Of a stretch of DNA of 64,000 nt, positions 1 through 10,566 are shown piece after piece. The position numbers and the translations under genes were made by a program. Within the stretch, counting starts at the first letter, position 1, and each line of letters opens with the position of its first letter. A model generated the notes under the pieces. It did no database searches, was not told where the DNA came from, and worked only from the letters and a program-made list of their open reading frames with translations. The DNA comes from Macrostomum lignano (taxonomy: Eukaryota), in contig NIVC01001186.1 in assembly GCA_002269645.1 (NCBI GenBank), forward strand, positions 185,293-249,292, in the 5' to 3' direction.

Positions 1-1
1 C

Positions 2-187
2 GAGTCGATGTTGGCCCAGATGGGCGGCGGTTTCGGCGGGGCCGGCGGCGGCGCCGGCGGAATGGACTTTTTGAAAGGCGACGAAGAGGACTTTGATTTA
101 GGCGACGGCGAAGGTCTGGAGGCTGACGGACCGGATGGGAATGGAAAGAAAGACGGCGAGGATGAGGAGATTCCGCCACTGGAGTGA
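2..187 (+). CDS. Last coding exon (partial) of a Gly-rich/acidic-tailed protein, most like the p23/PTGES3 co-chaperone C-terminus
   Basis: The frame starting at 2 reads ESMLAQMGGGFGGAGGGAGGMDFLKGDEEDFDLGDGEGLEADGPDGNGKKDGEDEEIPPLE* (TGA 185-187). The MGG...acidic...PxLE ending recalls p23 (human ...DDEKMPDLE). No folded domain lies in the window, so the family call is tentative. Confidence 0.45.
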   Translation, partial: ESMLAQMGGGFGGAGGGAGGMDFLKGDEEDFDLGDGEGLEADGPDGNGKKDGEDEEIPPLE

Positions 188-303
188 ATCGCTGCCAACA
201 AGCTGTTGCTATAGCTTTGGAAACGAAAATTGCATTCGATTTAATCAGCATTCGGCATTCAATCAAAGACTGTTGTTCTACTATATATACTTGCTGGGGA
301 AAA

Positions 304-905
304 GGGGATTAATTTGGATAATCTGCTACCTGATGGGATTGATTAGGATAATCCGCTACTTGATGGGAATTAATTAGGATAATCAGCTACCTGATGGGAT
401 TAATTAGGATAATCAGCTACCTGATGGGGATTAATTAGGATAATCAGCTACCTGATTGGGATTAATTAGGATAATCAGCTACCTGATAGGATTAATTAGG
501 ATAATCAGCTACCTGATGGGGATTAATTAGGATAATCAGCTACCCGATGGGGATTAATTAGGATAATCAGCTACCTGATGGGGATTAATTAGGATAATCA
601 GCTACCTGATGGGGATTAATTAGGATAATCAGCTACCTGATAGGATTAATTAGAATAATCCGCTACCTGATGGGGATTAATTAGGATAATCAGCTACCTG
701 ATGGGATTAATTAAGATAATCCGCTACCTGATGGGATTAATTAGGATAATCCGCTACCTGATGGCGATTATTTAGGATATCCGCTACCTGACAGGATTAA
801 ATAGGATAAACTCCTACCTGATGGGGATTAATTAGGATAATCGGCTACTTGATGGGGATTAATTAGGATAATCCGCTACCTGATGGCGTTTATTTAGGAT
901 AATCT
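304..905. repeat. Minisatellite, 30-31 bp unit (gctacctgatgggattaattaggataatca), about 19 copies
   Basis: Tandem repetition read directly from the sequence. Confidence 0.95.
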
Positions 906-1404
906 AAAAATAAGTTGTCTCCTTTGACGTTCCATTGCAGTAGTGCGGAGAGATTATCTGTGTAAGTTCCTCTTGTTTAAATTTTATCAGTTTTCAACAC
1001 ACGTAGGCAACCCCCTAAGTAATTCAAACCAGTATAATTATATATTCATCAAAATTCTATATATATATAACTTAGTGTTTCCCAACTACTAAAGCCGGTT
1101 ATTTAAGTTTTCAATTTATTTCTTATAGTATAAAACTTGCAATATAAGTTTTCTACTATTTGCTACTAATTATTAGTATTGTTTTCTCTTGGTTTTGTAC
1201 CGCTTACAGCCCATCACACAGCTTTTTGTCTGCTTGATGTTCTTGTCAGTTTTAATTAAATATTATTAATATATAATTAATACATGATTTGTTCAGCTTT
1301 TTAATTTAGCCAGAGCTTCAATATGCGGTCATATTTGAGTTTCTGGCTTTTGAGCTGACTTAGTGTTGAAGTTTTTGTCTTGTATGTGTTATTTGCGCTA
1401 GATA

Positions 1405-2196
1405 GAGTGAGATACCAGCCTGTAGAATAGGTGAGATACCAGACTGCATACTATAGACTTGGTGACTATACGATTATAGTGAGTAAGATACCAGCCTGCA
1501 TAGAGTGGGCGAGATACCAGCCTGCATAGAGTGGGCGAGATACCAGCCTGCATAGAGTGGGCGAGATACCAGCCTGTAGAGTGGGTGAGATACCTGCCTG
1601 TAGAGTGGGCGAGATACCAGCCTGTAGAGTGGGCGAGATACCAGCCTGTAGAGTGAGTGGGATACCAGCCTGCATAGAGTGGGTGAGATACCAGCCTGTA
1701 GAGTGAGTGAGATACCAGCCTGTAGAGTGGGCGAGATACCAGCCTGTAGAGTAAGTGGGATACCAGCCTGCATAGAGTTGGTGAGATACCAGCATGTAGA
1801 GTGGGTGAGATACCAGCCTGCATAGAGTGGGTGAGATACCAGCATGTAGAGTGGGTTAGGTACCAGCATGTAGAGTGGGTTAGATACCAGCCTGTAGAGT
1901 GAGTGAGATACCAGTCTATATAGAGTGAGTGAGATACCAGCCTGTATAGAGTGAGTGAGATACCAGCCTGCAAAGTGGATGAGATACCAGCCTGCATAGA
2001 GTGAGTGAGATACCAGCCTGCATAGAGTGAGTGAGATACCAGCCTGCATAGAGTGAGTGAGATACCAGCCTGCATAGAGTGAGTGAGATACCAGCCTGCA
2101 TAGAGTGAGTGAGATACCAGCCTGCATAGAGTGAGTGAGATACCAGCCTGCATAGAGTGAGTGAGATACCAGCCTGCATAGAGTGAGTGAGATACC
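1405..2196. repeat. Minisatellite, 24/26 bp unit (gagataccagcctgcatagagtgagt), about 30 copies
   Basis: Direct tandem repetition; accounts for the repetitive ORFs 1398-2241 (-). Probably inside a 5'UTR intron of POLR1D (candidate donor gtaagt at 962, candidate acceptor tgcag at 2221). Confidence 0.95.
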
Positions 2197-2240
2197 ATCC
2201 CGATTAATCCTCTGCATGCAGTTCTGCATTGAAGCCAGCA

Positions 2241-3966
2241 ATGTCCACCACAGAGGAAGGAGTCAGCGCAGACATCCTGGAGTCAGAGATGGCAGCTGCT
2301 AAAGCGGCTTCATCTGCCGAAGAAACAGCCGGTGCTGCTAGCTTAGAGGATGAAGCTACGAAAGAATTAGAGGCTATACCTGTGCAGGTGAGTTTGCTTT
2401 GATTGTTTTGAAAAATGAGGTCTTTGCCGTAATAACAACGGCATTCTTTGATGGCTTTGATTTAGGTTTGTGATGACAAAATAGTGCAATAGAGACGCGA
2501 CTGTTGAGTCACTAGGCGTCACGTGACTTGCATAATCGTTAAATATAGTCGTCCAAGTGTTGGCGCTTAACTTAATACTAACTCATAGTTGCTTCATAAT
2601 AAAACAGGGGTCGGCAACCTCCGGCCCGCTGACCACATGCGGCCCGCAAAGCCTCTCTCCGGCCCTCGTGTCCTTTATAACTTCACAATAGCAATCCAGT
2701 TCGCTCAATGTTTATGCTTCTTCTTAGCTCTCTTCTCTCCTCTCCTCTCCATTCCTCTCTCCTCTACTCCTATCTCTCCATTACTCCTTTTCTCTCTTCT
2801 CATCTCTCCTCCCCGCTCCTCTCTCCTCTCTTCTCTCATTCTGTTCTCTTCTTCTCACCTCTCCTATTTGATCTCACCTCTCCTATTTGATCTCACCTCT
2901 CCTATTTGATCTCTCCTCTCCTATTTGATCTCACCTCTCCTATTTTATCTCTCCTCTCCTATTTTATCTCACCTCTCCTATTTGATCTCTCCTCCTATTT
3001 GATCTCACCTCTCCTATTTGATCTCACCTCTCCTATTTGATCTCTCCTCTCCTATTTGATCTCACCTCTCCTATTTTATCTCTCCTCTCCTATTTTATCT
3101 CACCTCTCCTATTTTATCTCTCCTCTCCTATTTTATCTCACCTCTCCTATTTGATCTCTCCTCCTATTTGATCTCACCTCTCCTATTTGATCTCACCTCT
3201 CCTATTTGATCTCTCCTCCTATTTGATCTCACCTCTCCTATTTGATCTCACCTCTCCTATTTGATCTCTCCTCTCCTATTTGATCTCACCTCTCCTATTT
3301 TATCTCTCCTCTCCTATTTTATCTCACCTCTCCTATTTGATCTCTCCTCTCCTATTTGATCTCTCCTCTCCTATTTGATCTCTCCTCTCCTATTTTATCT
3401 CTCCTCTCCTATTTGATCTCATCTCTCCTATTTGATCTCATCTCTCCTATTTGATCTCTCCTCTCCTATTTTATCTCTCCTCTCCTATTTGATCTCTCCT
3501 CTCCTATTTTATCTCTCCTCTGCTATTTGATCTCAGCTGGCCTCTGCTTTGAAACCACCAAAATACTGTATTGTAAATATATGCCAGCAAGCACATTTTT
3601 CTCTTCTAAACGGTCCAGGGTTCGAATCGCGAGTGCACATTTATACTGCGCAACGAGGATCACACGCTCGGCAACGCGCTTCGCTGCACCCTCATGCGCA
3701 ATCCGCGAGTCAGCTTCGCTGGATGCAGCGTGCCTCATCCTCTCACTAAAGAGATCCACCTGAGGATTGTTACGGTTAGCGACGATGTTGCACCTGCCGA
3801 CTGTCTGGCCGAAGGTCTCCGGGATCTGTACGCCAGCGCCGAGTCGTTGCTGCATCAATTCGATTCCGCTTACGATGAATTTGTTGCTAGCAATGAATCT
3901 GCCGCCGGGGATGGGGCCGATGTTAAAATCAATATTAAACAGGAATTTATGGGCAGTTTTAACTAA
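2241..3966 (+). CDS. POLR1D: DNA-directed RNA polymerase I/III subunit RPAC2 (AC19); exons 2241-2387 and 3619-3966, 164 aa
   Basis: Spliced phase-0 join ...ELEAIPVQ|GSNRECTFILRNEDHTLGNALRCTLMRNPRVSFAGCSVPHPLTKEIHLRI. EDHTLGN and GxxxPHP are RPB11/AC19 family motifs. Donor CAG|gtgagt at 2387/2388, acceptor ccag at 3618. Confidence 0.92.
2605..2670 (+). mobile_element. hAT-like non-autonomous transposon terminus (one end only)
   Basis: CAGGGGTCGGCAACCTCCGGCCCGCTGACCACATGCGGCCCGC resembles the CAGGGGT(C/G)GGCAA...CGGCCCG ends typical of hAT/Charlie-type MITEs. I did not find the partner TIR. Confidence 0.55.
2730..3530. repeat. CT-rich minisatellite, about 17-19 bp unit (ctctcctatttgatctcac), inside the POLR1D intron
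   Basis: Direct tandem repetition. Confidence 0.95.
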
Positions 3967-4746
3967 TTTATGCAGCGTTATCAGGTATTCTGTCAGTGGT
4001 ATAGGGGCTTACAATAGGGCCCTTGGATTGTCCTTGGACATCTCTCATAGATATCATTTTTTTGTCTGGTTCGAGTTGGCTCTGTAACACTTTGTCTCTG
4101 CACTCTCGGCCATAGACAATAATAGAGGCCAATCAAGTTGGTAAACAAGTCAATCAAAACTAGTCGCGTCACGATCATGTGAGTTGTAGAATCGTAGAGG
4201 TTAATTACTTTCAACTAACTCAAGTAAAATCAACCTTGATCTATAATTTCGGACATAATCAACACTACTTAAAGTAATACGAGTGAGTATGCATGCTTAC
4301 AAGTTAATGGCGAGGTTGTATATAAAACGTGCTGTTTTGAAACTGTTTGACAATACAAAATACAAACGAGTTTTGCATTTCTACGCGCTCTCAAGAAAAA
4401 GAGGGTCTTGAAGTTTTTTTATTGGACCAGTTTGTCTTAGTTTAAGTTATATTATATAACTGCTAAAAACTTGCAGTATCTGTTTGCATAGGCATGAGTT
4501 TATAATCTACTAAGAGTTCAGGTTTTGTATTGACTGTGACTTTACTTTGTGTGAGTGTATAGTATGGAATTTGCTGAATAGACTGCATGTGATAAATGCA
4601 AAGTATTTGGCAGGCTATATATTAAACTGGATTCTTTTCCACTATCTAGCACGGGTGTATTCTGTGACAGATTTTTTCAGCTTATTTGCAGTGCTGATTT
4701 GAAGGATTGCCTGATTTCAACTTTTTTCAGGTAAGTTTAAATAATC

Positions 4747-6260
4747 TGGAATAGAATGGATTGCTAATCTATCTCTGCTCTGTAGGAATAGAATGGATTG
4801 CTAATCTATCTCTGCTCTGTAGGAATAGAATGGATTGCTAATCTATCTGTGGTCTGTATGAATAGATTGGATTGCTAATCTATCTCTTGTCTGTATGAAT
4901 AAAATGGATTGCTAATCTATCTCTTGTCTGTATGAATAGAACGGATTGCTAATCTATCTGTGGTCTGTATGAATAGAATGGATTGCTAATCTATCTCTTG
5001 TCTGTAGGAATAGAATGGATTGCTAATCTATCTGTGGTCTGTATGAATAGAATGGATTGCTAATCTATCTGTGGTCTGTATGAATAGAATGGATTGCTAA
5101 TCTATCTCTTGTCTGTAGGAATAGAATGGATTGCTAATCTATCTCTAGTCTGTATGAATAGAATGGATTGCTAATCTATCTCTTGTCTGTAGGAATAGAA
5201 TGGATTGCTAATCTATCTCTTGTCTGTAGGAATAGAATGGATTGCTAATCTATCTATGGTCTGTAGGGATAGAATGGATTGCTAATCTATCTCTTGTCTG
5301 TAGGAATAGAATGGATTGCTAATCTATCTGTGGTCTGTAGGAATAGAATGGATTGCTAATCTATCTCTGGTCTGTAGGAATAGAATGGATTGCTAATCTA
5401 TCTCTTGTCTGTATGAATAGAATGGATTGCTAATCTATCTCTGCTCTGTAGGAATAGAATGGATTGCTAATCTATCTCTGCTCTGTAGGAATAGAATGGA
5501 TTGCTAATCTATCTCTGCTCTGTAGGAATAGAATGGATTGCTAATCTATTTGTGGTCTGTAGGGATAGAATGGATTGCTAATCTATCTGTGGTCTGTATG
5601 AATAGAATGGATTGCTAATCTATCTCTAGTCTGTAGAAATAGAATGGATTGCTAATCTATCTGTGGTCTGTAGGAATAGAATGGATTGCTAATCTATCTC
5701 TGGTCTGTAGGAATAGAATGGATTGCTAATCTATCTCTTGTCTGTATGAATAGAATGGATTGCTAATCTATCTCTGCTCTGTAGGAATAGAATGGATTGC
5801 TAATCTATCTCTGCTCTGTAGGAATAGAATGGATTGCTAATCTATCTCTGCTCTGTAGGAATAGAATGGATTGCTAATCTATTTGTGGTCTGTAGGGATA
5901 GAATGGATTGCTAATCTATATGTGGTCTGTATGAATAGAATGGATTGCTAATCTATCTCTAGTCTGTAGGAATAGAATGGATTGCTAATCTATCTCTGCT
6001 CTGTAGGAATAGAATGGATTGCTAATCTATCTGTGGTCTGTATGAATAGATTGGATTGCTAATCTATCTCTAGTCTGTATGAATAGAATGGATTGCTAAT
6101 CTATCTGTGGTCTGTATGAATAGATTGGATTGCTAATCTATCTCTTGTCTGTATGAATAGAATGGATTGCTAATCTATCTCTAGTCTGTATGAATAGAAT
6201 GGATTGCTAATCTATCTCTAGTCTGTATGAATAGAATGGATTGCTAATCTATCTCTAGTC
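4747..6260. repeat. 37-bp satellite, subfamily 1 (gaatagaatggattgctaatctatctct(t/g)gtctgtag), left block, about 41 units
   Basis: Direct tandem repetition; interrupted at 6261 by an LTR element and resumes at 13763. Confidence 0.97.
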
Positions 6261-6616
6261 TTTAGAAAAATAACTGAAGAAATAACACTGGCCAGTGAAT
6301 ACGTTGACAATAACAACTTGAAAAACAAAGTTAAGATGAAAAGGCTCCTCCAGCAGTATATTTATTTGCGTGGTTGAGAGAGGGGGGTAGAGAATAGATA
6401 AGAAGAAAATGGGTAAGAAGGGCGAGGGCTAAAACTCTAACGAGACCGAGGGGGGGGGGCTGACTGAAAACTCACCGATCGATAATCGGAAAACAAGATA
6501 AGAGTGTACAGTACATAGAGCACGGTAGATAGAAGATGGACTAGGCACACAGGGAATGGAAGAAAATGAAAAGGGAGCAAGTGAATTCTATTAGCGCAAG
6601 CTGAAATTTCGCGACA
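6261..6616 (-). repeat. 3' LTR of the BEL/Pao element
   Basis: 356 bp and identical by eye to 13407-13762 except position 6262 (T instead of G, so the minus-strand end is AA rather than CA). AATAAA on the minus strand near 6360. Confidence 0.95.
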
Positions 6617-6630
6617 CTCCCCCAAAAATG
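6617..6630 (-). other. Polypurine tract (PPT)
   Basis: The minus strand reads ...tttgggggag immediately before the TG start of the 3' LTR. Confidence 0.75.
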
Positions 6631-7026
6631 ATCACATTTTTCCCGATACCAAAAATTCCAAAAAAACGCAAAAAAAAACAAAAAAAGGAAATGACAATGA
6701 CTTCATTATAAGAAAATTTAGACCATTGAAAAGGTTGAGGATTCCTTCACCAATCATCACTAAAGATTCGACAAACAATGAAAAAAAATTGTAATAAATG
6801 ACATGAAACATACAAAAGGTTGGTGACAAAACACTTAGTGATTTAGAGAAAATAACACGATGACGCTAAGGCCAACAGGTAACTGTCACTAGGAAACAAA
6901 AAAAACTACCAAGGCTAAACGAGTGACCTCTTGCAACAAAGAAACCGAAAGCAAAATGCGCGATCATTAAATAGTAATGGCGGAAAAGTAAAGTTTTGAA
7001 ATTGAACTATCTCGACACTTTAACAT

Positions 7027-10000
7027 TCACTCAGAGACTTCGAGTGGCACCAAGGCTCGCACCGGGCGCCTAATGCGCTCCCTCCTTCTAGCTCCCACAC
7101 CGCTAACTACACGAACCAGAGCAGAGCGACTAACACCATCACGACCAACAGAAACCGACTCAACTACACCGAGCTTCCACATCAGCCTCGGCTGGTGTGA
7201 TTCACCGCACACCACCACAACATCACCAGGTTTCGGAAAGGGACCGCATCCTTGCCCATGCAACGGCTTCTCGCGGAGAGCGGTGACGTAGTCCTCTTGC
7301 CAAACCTTCCAAAAACGATTCAGAGCGTTGCGCAGAAGATCGAGTCGTCTAGGTAGTGACAGCAGCGTTGACGATTGAGTCGCACCTTGATCAGGTTCCC
7401 AAGTGAGTCGCACTCCAAGTAGAAAGTGTGAAGGAGTAATAACTTCACTCCGGTCATCGGCAGAGACGTACAACAATGGCCTACTGTTGATGATAGCTTC
7501 GATTTCGATGATTGTAGACGACAACTGATCAAAGTTTAACTGAGCACGACCGATGCTTTTCTTCAAAGAACTCTTAATGACTCCAACTAACCGCTCCCAG
7601 AATCCGCCCCACCATGGGGCCTTTTCCGGTATGAACTGCCAGGTAATTCTCCTTTCGGCACAGAACGCCTGCACCTGATCGCTAGTGCTGGCACCGAGGA
7701 TCCGAGCTGCTGAACGGAAGGTCTTTGCGTTGTCGCTGATCAACGAAGGAAGTCCTCGACGCGCCACAAAACGTCGCAAGCCGTGAAGAAACTGTTGAGT
7801 TGACATATCTGATAGCAGCTCCAAATGCACTGCTCGAGTGGTCGAGCATGTGAAGAGCAACACGTACCCTTTAGCAGGCTCACTAGTCGAGACGTCACTC
7901 TCCCCCGTCCGATAAAAAATCGGACCAAAATAGTCGAGACCAACAGTCTGAAAGGGGCGAAGATCCGCCAAACGAAAGTTCGGTAACTGGGGAACGACCG
8001 GCACGGTGTACGTACGCCCTTGAATCTTCCGACATACAACACACCGAGACAACTCCTGCTTCACTCGCTGTCTACCTTTGAGTACCCAAAACTTCTCTCG
8101 AATCTTGCAGAGCGTGGGAGCCACTCCCCCGTGCGCGACTGACTGATGAGCCCTCCTGATGAGGAGCTGTTCCAGGTGAGAATGACGAGGAATTAGAATC
8201 GGATAATTGGTCGCATAGGGAAAGGCTTCACCGATTCGTCCTTTCGATCGAAGCAAACCTTCGTCGTCGAGAACCAGATTTAGATCCCTGCACAGCGGAG
8301 TAGATGTCGAGTGTTTCGAGAGGTGATCGATTTCTTTCGAGAATCCAGAACGTTGAGCAGAACGGAGCCAGAGTGTTTCACACGCGTGCAACTCTGCTGC
8401 GGTCACAAAATTGAATTTTTGCAGCGGTGACCGCGCCAACGAGGCTTTTAAATTCAGAACGAAACGCCTGACCCAAGCTGTGACGCGAAGTAACTGGTTA
8501 AAACTAGAGAACCGCTCGACATCAATAATTGAAGACATGTCCGAAGTTGGGGAATCCGAACCAGACTCACGATCAAGGAGCGTGGTTGCAGCCACAGAGG
8601 CAAGAAGCACTGTACCAGACTGAGACGTGGACTCTTCGGCCACCGGTTGAGGAAACGGATTCAAAGATGACGGAAAGTCTCCTGATCGCAAAAAATCTGG
8701 GCCGTGCTTCCAGAGGGTATTGTATTGCAGACTCTCTGGTTGACAGCCTCTAGACGGAATGTCGGCAGGATTATTCTCTCCTGGCACATGTCGCCATTCA
8801 GAAATAGAGGTTAAGCAACGAATTTCTCGGACCCGATTCTGAACAAACACCTTGCGAAGCTTTTCTATGTTAGTGATCCAGCAGAGTGTCGTTAAACTGT
8901 CAGTCCAAAGGAAACGATCCGCACCTGGGAATTGTTGTGAGACCAGGTGCATAAGGCGCGATAGTATTAAGGCCCCTAGCAATTCCAAGCGAGCAATGGA
9001 CAGACTCAGCAGCGGCGCAACGCGAGACTTTGCCATGAGGAGCACGGTGTCGACGGCACCATCGTCAGATGCAGCACGCGCGTAGATGCAAGCAGCAAAC
9101 GCTGACTCACTAGCATCACAGAAGCCGTGCAGTTGAATGTTTGTTGGCTGGGCACCAAGCGTGCGGAAGAAATAACGAGGAAATTCGAAAATGCAACCAG
9201 CCCACGATTGCTGCCAGGAGTGCCAAGCCTGGGAGATGTCAGGTGGGAGAGGCTCATCCCAGTCAATTTTTCTGACACACAACTGTTGAAGCAATATCTT
9301 GGCAGAGATTACGGCTGGAGACACTAGTCCAAGCGGATCGTACACGGATGCCAGCTTACTTAGTACAGAACGCTTAGTTGAACAATGCTCACTGTGAACG
9401 CAAGCCAAGTCACGGAAATCCATACGAATGACGTCATTACTCGAACACCAGACGAGCCCAAGGACTTTTTTGGCGTGACCCACATCTCGCTCCGGAAGAT
9501 GTGCGTTGAAGGAGGCAGAATTCGACATCCACTGACGCATATTCATACTAGCTAGATCGAACAATTTTTTAGTGCCATGGTACAGAGCCAGAGCTTCTGT
9601 GTCCGAACTACAACTGGTCATGAGATTATCGACGTAAAGGTCTTTCCGAACGATACCGACACATTCCGGAAAAGCAGACTCAAACGTGTCCAGATGGCGC
9701 AGGATGGTAGCTCGGAGCACACCTGGCGAACAAGTCAAACCGAATGGTAGACGGCAAAATCGATAATGACATATTTGTCTTTCGTCCGACAAATCAGGCC
9801 ACAAAAAACGCAGCATATCGCGATCGCTAGCGTGAACAGAGATTTGGAGAAATGCTTTCTCAATGTCACCCAGAATAGCAATAGGGTTACGACGAAAGCG
9901 CAGGAGAATCTCGGGAATGCGAGGAAAATCCGTCGGACCGACTTGTAGATGATCGTTGATTGAATAATCTTCCCTGAAAGCTCGTGCAGAACCGTCAAAG

Positions 10001-10566
10001 ACAATACGCAGTTTTGTGTGCTCACTGTCAGCTTTCACGACACAGCTATGAGGAAGATAATGACAGTTAGTATCCTGCTGTAGGTCGGCATCCGGCACTT
10101 TCTCAATGACGCCTGTAGCTTCCTGCTCACGGATGATCGCAAATGCTTTCTCGAACGTATCCGGTTGGCGCGAGAGAGCGCGCATAGTCGTGTCCAGACG
10201 CTTGTATGCGAGATCAAAATGATTGCGTAGCACGAGTGAGCTATCTGGATGCTTCCAAGGAAGCTTGACTTCGTAGCGTCCGTTGATGAGCTGCGGGTCG
10301 CAAACGAATTCATCGATCGAGGACTGACACTGAACTTCTGAGATACCAATAGCTTCTAAGCGCCAGAATCGGGACAAGTCACAGTCAGAAGTGACAGTCA
10401 GTGGGTCTGCAACTGTACAGCAGAGAACTTGAGAAGCTTCACTTGGCCCGTCAGCTGCTGAATTGTTCGAGGGACTGCCGGAGTCCTCAGTCAACTTGAC
10501 TGGCCCGCAAAGGACGAAACCCAACTTTGACGACACAGCTGACGGTCCAGATGTTCCACGGATTAC
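7027..10566 (-). CDS. BEL/Pao pol region (C-terminal protease part, RT, RNase H, integrase), one base out of frame with gag
   Basis: ORF 7027-10536, extendable to VIRGTSGPSAVSSKLGFVLCGP. Motifs RIVFDGSA, DIEKAFLQI, RLPFGL, YVDN, DASE, H-x4-H...C-x2-C, GLDYFGP, SDNAKTF. Confidence 0.93.
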   Translation of the reverse strand, partial: VIRGTSGPSAVSSKLGFVLCGPVKLTEDSGSPSNNSAADGPSEASQVLCCTVADPLTVTSDCDLSRFWRLEAIGISEVQCQSSIDEFVCDPQLINGRYEVKLPWKHPDSSLVLRNHFDLAYKRLDTTMRALSRQPDTFEKAFAIIREQEATGVIEKVPDADLQQDTNCHYLPHSCVVKADSEHTKLRIVFDGSARAFREDYSINDHLQVGPTDFPRIPEILLRFRRNPIAILGDIEKAFLQISVHASDRDMLRFLWPDLSDERQICHYRFCRLPFGLTCSPGVLRATILRHLDTFESAFPECVGIVRKDLYVDNLMTSCSSDTEALALYHGTKKLFDLASMNMRQWMSNSASFNAHLPERDVGHAKKVLGLVWCSSNDVIRMDFRDLACVHSEHCSTKRSVLSKLASVYDPLGLVSPAVISAKILLQQLCVRKIDWDEPLPPDISQAWHSWQQSWAGCIFEFPRYFFRTLGAQPTNIQLHGFCDASESAFAACIYARAASDDGAVDTVLLMAKSRVAPLLSLSIARLELLGALILSRLMHLVSQQFPGADRFLWTDSLTTLCWITNIEKLRKVFVQNRVREIRCLTSISEWRHVPGENNPADIPSRGCQPESLQYNTLWKHGPDFLRSGDFPSSLNPFPQPVAEESTSQSGTVLLASVAATTLLDRESGSDSPTSDMSSIIDVERFSSFNQLLRVTAWVRRFVLNLKASLARSPLQKFNFVTAAELHACETLWLRSAQRSGFSKEIDHLSKHSTSTPLCRDLNLVLDDEGLLRSKGRIGEAFPYATNYPILIPRHSHLEQLLIRRAHQSVAHGGVAPTLCKIREKFWVLKGRQRVKQELSRCVVCRKIQGRTYTVPVVPQLPNFRLADLRPFQTVGLDYFGPIFYRTGESDVSTSEPAKGYVLLFTCSTTRAVHLELLSDMSTQQFLHGLRRFVARRGLPSLISDNAKTFRSAARILGASTSDQVQAFCAERRITWQFIPEKAPWWGGFWERLVGVIKSSLKKSIGRAQLNFDQLSSTIIEIEAIINSRPLLYVSADDRSEVITPSHFLLGVRLTWEPDQGATQSSTLLSLPRRLDLLRNALNRFWKVWQEDYVTALREKPLHGQGCGPFPKPGDVVVVCGESHQPRLMWKLGVVESVSVGRDGVSRSALVRVVSGVGARRRERIRRPVRALVPLEVSE

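Noticed and set aside
6617-7026. Possible env-like third ORF in the retrotransposon
   Set aside because: Only about 410 bp of A-rich UTR lies between the pol stop and the PPT, with no suitable ORF.
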